A DNA stretch of 64,000 nt, taken from Zootoca vivipara (Eukaryota). This document shows positions 60,873-64,000 of this stretch, one piece after another. Every line of letters starts with the position of its first letter. Positions within the stretch are counted from its first letter, which is position 1. The position numbers were made by a program, and so were the translations under genes. The DNA lies in NCBI RefSeq assembly GCF_963506605.1, contig NC_083281.1, positions 47,120,001-47,184,000 of the forward strand, given 5' to 3'. The notes below the pieces were generated by a model. The model was not told the DNA's origin and ran no database searches. It was given only the letters and a program-made list of their open reading frames with translations.

Positions 60873-61077
60873 CAGAGCTTTCCAAACTTCTCATGTTGAT
60901 GACACACTTTAGACATGCATCATTTCACGACACAGTAATTCAGTTATACCAGCAAACTGGAGGTTAAACTAACCCCTTTCCAACACTGGGAGGAGTGCAG
61001 GGAGCGTTCCTGCAACACACCTATACACTGCAGCTGACACACTTAACATGTCGTGACACACAATTTGGAAATCTCTG
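60873..61077. mobile_element. hAT-type MITE nested in an older SINE-like repeat (~60660-61095)
   Basis: TIR CAGAGCTTTCCAAA / TTTGGAAATCTCTG; near-duplicated ctcta(a)cc flanks. Confidence 0.6.
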
Positions 61078-62939
61078 CTCTAACCATTACACCACTGTCT
61101 CTTGTTCTCCTTTGTTTGACCTTCCTAGAAACTCCATTATGTGGTTCTTGTCTTGCTCTTTCTAAAACACAAGCCTTTTCCTATTCCATCTCCCAAGTTA
61201 TTCTGTCAAGAGCAACCATATATGTTTCTGCCTTTTACCAAAGAGGTCTTGGCGCTGTCTTGTGACCTCTGATTTCCTGCCATCAGGTAGAGCCCAGGAG
61301 CGACCATGCCCTTTGCCAGAATTTGGCACTGCAGACTCAACTATTGTTAGGTCGTGGTTGCCATGGTGCTGGAGTTCCTTCTTGCTGGTCTCATGACCAA
61401 GAACCTTTCTGGGACTAGACCTGCTTGCAATTCCCCTTCTCGCTCCGAATCCATGACTGCATTCCCTAAACTTAAGGCAAATCTGACCCCAGGGTCATTA
61501 CTGAATCCTACAAAGAGAAGCTTTTCTAGGGATGACCTCCCCTAAAAAAACTCAACAACTTTGACTAGGCGCTCCCCCTAAAAAAAAGTCAACACGTTTC
61601 TGCACCTTTTTTCTAGAAGAAAAGACCTGGTGAGGGTAGCCAATGGGTCTCAAACTCTCGGTGAATTAGGGACTTCCCCTGCATGCGAAGACAGGCTCAA
61701 GAAGGCGGTTTCTGCACATGGTGTGGGAGCAGATGGGGCCTGTCAACCTAGGAAGGTAGCCCATCTAGAAGGAAAACCCTGATCCTAAACTTTTTCCAAA
61801 GAGGGCCAGATTTGATGACGTGAAGGGCCGTGGGGTCCGACCAAAGTTGGTGACCTTTTTAGGGTTGAAGTTGTTGAGCTTTTACCCCAAAGTTGTTGTG
61901 CTTTTTTTAGGATTTTAGCCCACTGCCACAAGGAGCAGATTAAACCGACCGGCGGGCCACATTAGGCCCCCAACTTTGGACATGCCTAAGGATGAAACCC
62001 TACATAAATCCAGAGTGGAGTCCCTAAGATGGTTGGATGATGCCTTTTACACCTCCTTCCAGCAACTGCTGCAACTAAACTGGTGCCAAATGTATTGCTC
62101 TGCTTTCCTTTGGACCACTTTAGCAAGGCCAAGAGGGGGGAGGGTCTTGACGTCTGGGAAACCCAGGACCTCCTGGAGGTAACTTTGGTTAACACAGTGG
62201 CTCGACTTCACCCCCAGAATTGGGAAAGGTTAACACTACGCTCCCTGCATGCTGCCCTCCCTCCCATGATAGGCTTAGGGGAGGAAAGGTCCAATTCATG
62301 CAAATAGGACTCACTCTTGGCTCAGTTGCTACATTCTGGTGGAGAAATGGGTGTCCGCTGCTAGCTCTTTTTTGACCTTGCCATTCTGTGTGTGTGTCCC
62401 ACACTTTCCCTCATGAGAATGCAGCAATGAAAAATGAAAAAGAATGAAATAAAAAAGTCCATAAAAACTGAAACAAAAATTGAAACAATAAAAAAATGAA
62501 AGCAATGAAACAAGAACGAAACAATAAAATTGTCAGTAAAAACTGCTGACAACTATTTAAAACCTTTGAATAATTAAAACAAACAATAAACTAAAAACCG
62601 GATTAAAACACACGTCCACATTCTACATACCCGGTACAATAGGCTTGCCTAAACAAAAATGTTTTAATCAGGCATGGAAAAAGTGCAGTGAAGACGCCTG
62701 CTTGATATAAGTAGGCAGAGTCCCAAAGTGCCACATTAAAAAAATCGTACAAGATAACTCTTCTTTACTATTTAGTTGTAAATTAATTTAAGTTTCGTGG
62801 CCAGATATGCACCAAGGTTTAGGAACTATTATACTGTAAGTAATATCTCTGTCAAGAACGATTGAAATTAAATATTTTAATAAATCAGCCGTTCTTTGGG
62901 GAGCGGAGAGACCCCCAAGAAGGCCTGCAGCCTTGAACA

Positions 62940-63350
62940 GGGCGAGTGAACCCCAAACAAGCAAATGCACAAGACAAGCGCTTTGCAGCAGCCAGCCCAC
63001 CGCGCAGGTGCGCGACTTGCCCCGCCCCCTCGCCAGGAGGAGCCATTGCGCGTGCGCGAATCAAGCGCGGGCTTTTCTGTAGCGGCGCTATGGGCGAGGC
63101 CTACACGCCGGTGGAGACTGGGCTCGGGACCGAGGAGAGTTTCCTCTCTCTGGCAGACATCCTCATGTCGCAAGAGAGGCTGCCGTGCCGCGCGGAGATC
63201 AAACTGCCTCGCCTTGCCACCGTCTTGGGTAAAGCGGCCACTGCCTCCGCCTCCTCAGACAACGCACTCCCTGAGGTGAGCTAACATCCCTCCACCCTCC
63301 TGGATGGAATGACTACAACTCCCGACAGCTTCACGTCGGAAGTGACGATG
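62940..63350 (+). promoter_or_regulatory. GINS3: GINS3 CpG-island promoter
   Basis: GC-box 63020-63028; NRF1-like TGCGCGTGCGC 63047-63057 overlapping E2F-like GCGCGAA 63054-63060; ACTACAACTCCC 63312-63323; ETS-CRE composite CGGAAGTGACG 63337-63347. Confidence 0.7.
63090..63275 (+). CDS. GINS3: GINS complex subunit 3 (PSF3), coding exon 1; gene continues beyond the window
   Basis: MGEAYTPVETGLGTEESFLSLADILMSQERLPCRAEIKLPRL...DNALPE|gtgagc; 186 nt, resembles the vertebrate GINS3 N-terminus. Confidence 0.93.
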
Positions 63351-64000
63351 CAGAACGGGAGGTTCAGACTTCCGTTTAAATCGGCTTTGCCCATAGATCT
63401 ATAATGCGACTTCGATACCATGGCGAGTTTCCGGGTTGAGTTTGAAGTGTCTCGGAGGATAATGAGAAATCCCGGGATTTCAGTGGGGGAATCCAAGATG
63501 ACTGGTTGAGCAGCAGCGCCTGTTCCCCACCCACCCCTTCCCAAAAAACAATGGCACAATGGGTCGGTGCATCTGGCTGTTTACCAGAAGGTTGGTAGGT
63601 AGAGCCCAATCAGAGACGGCTGTGGACAGGATTCCTGCACTGCAGGGGGTTGGACTAGATGACCCCTGGGATCCCTACCAACTTTACTGTTCTATGATTG
63701 TATGAATGCAGAAGGTAGCTGCAAGGGCAGCTGTTCGTGTTCTTGTAACTCAAGACTTTTTAATCTTTTTCCTTAATGAGGTCCTAAATCATTCAAAATT
63801 GCAATGCATCTCCATACAGGTCAGTGGAGCATGAGGCTTCTGCTTGCCATTGGGCTCTGGACGGGCAACACAAGTAGATCATGCTTCTTCGGGCTGGTGC
63901 TCCAAGCCAGCTTGGAGCTCTTGGGGAGGGGAGGCTAAGGCTTGCTCTGGCTCAAGAGAGTAGAGCCCAAACCTTTTTAGACTTCAGCCAAACTTTGGCA

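Overview
Eukaryotic genomic DNA, almost certainly from a squamate reptile; the Sauria SINEs with (ACCTTT)n tails suggest a lacertid lizard. The window holds the gene block known from human 16q21. CFAP20 (-) has 6 coding exons (193 aa). CSNK2A2 (-) has 11 coding exons (350 aa) plus a non-coding last exon. CCDC113/CFAP263 (+) has 9 exons (~387 aa). PRSS54 (-) is a catalytically dead trypsin-fold protein, with 5 coding exons found and the start codon not located. GINS3 (+) is represented by its first coding exon. I read all exon boundaries by hand from GT/AG sites, and the reading frames join in phase. Introns and intergenic DNA contain Sauria SINEs, CR1 fragments, hAT and Tc1/mariner MITEs, a ~1.07 kb solo LTR and microsatellites. 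The most notable find is three ~130-170 bp TSD-flanked elements that each carry a minimal hammerhead ribozyme motif of the Penelope-like retroelement type. Other points: RFX X-boxes at the ciliary genes, a candidate 19-nt poison microexon and alternative 3' ends in CSNK2A2, a CpG-island-like hAT passenger, and probable antisense overlap of CCDC113 with PRSS54. Most entries in the six-frame ORF track are spurious. Orthology calls rest on my recall of the vertebrate proteins, not on a database search.
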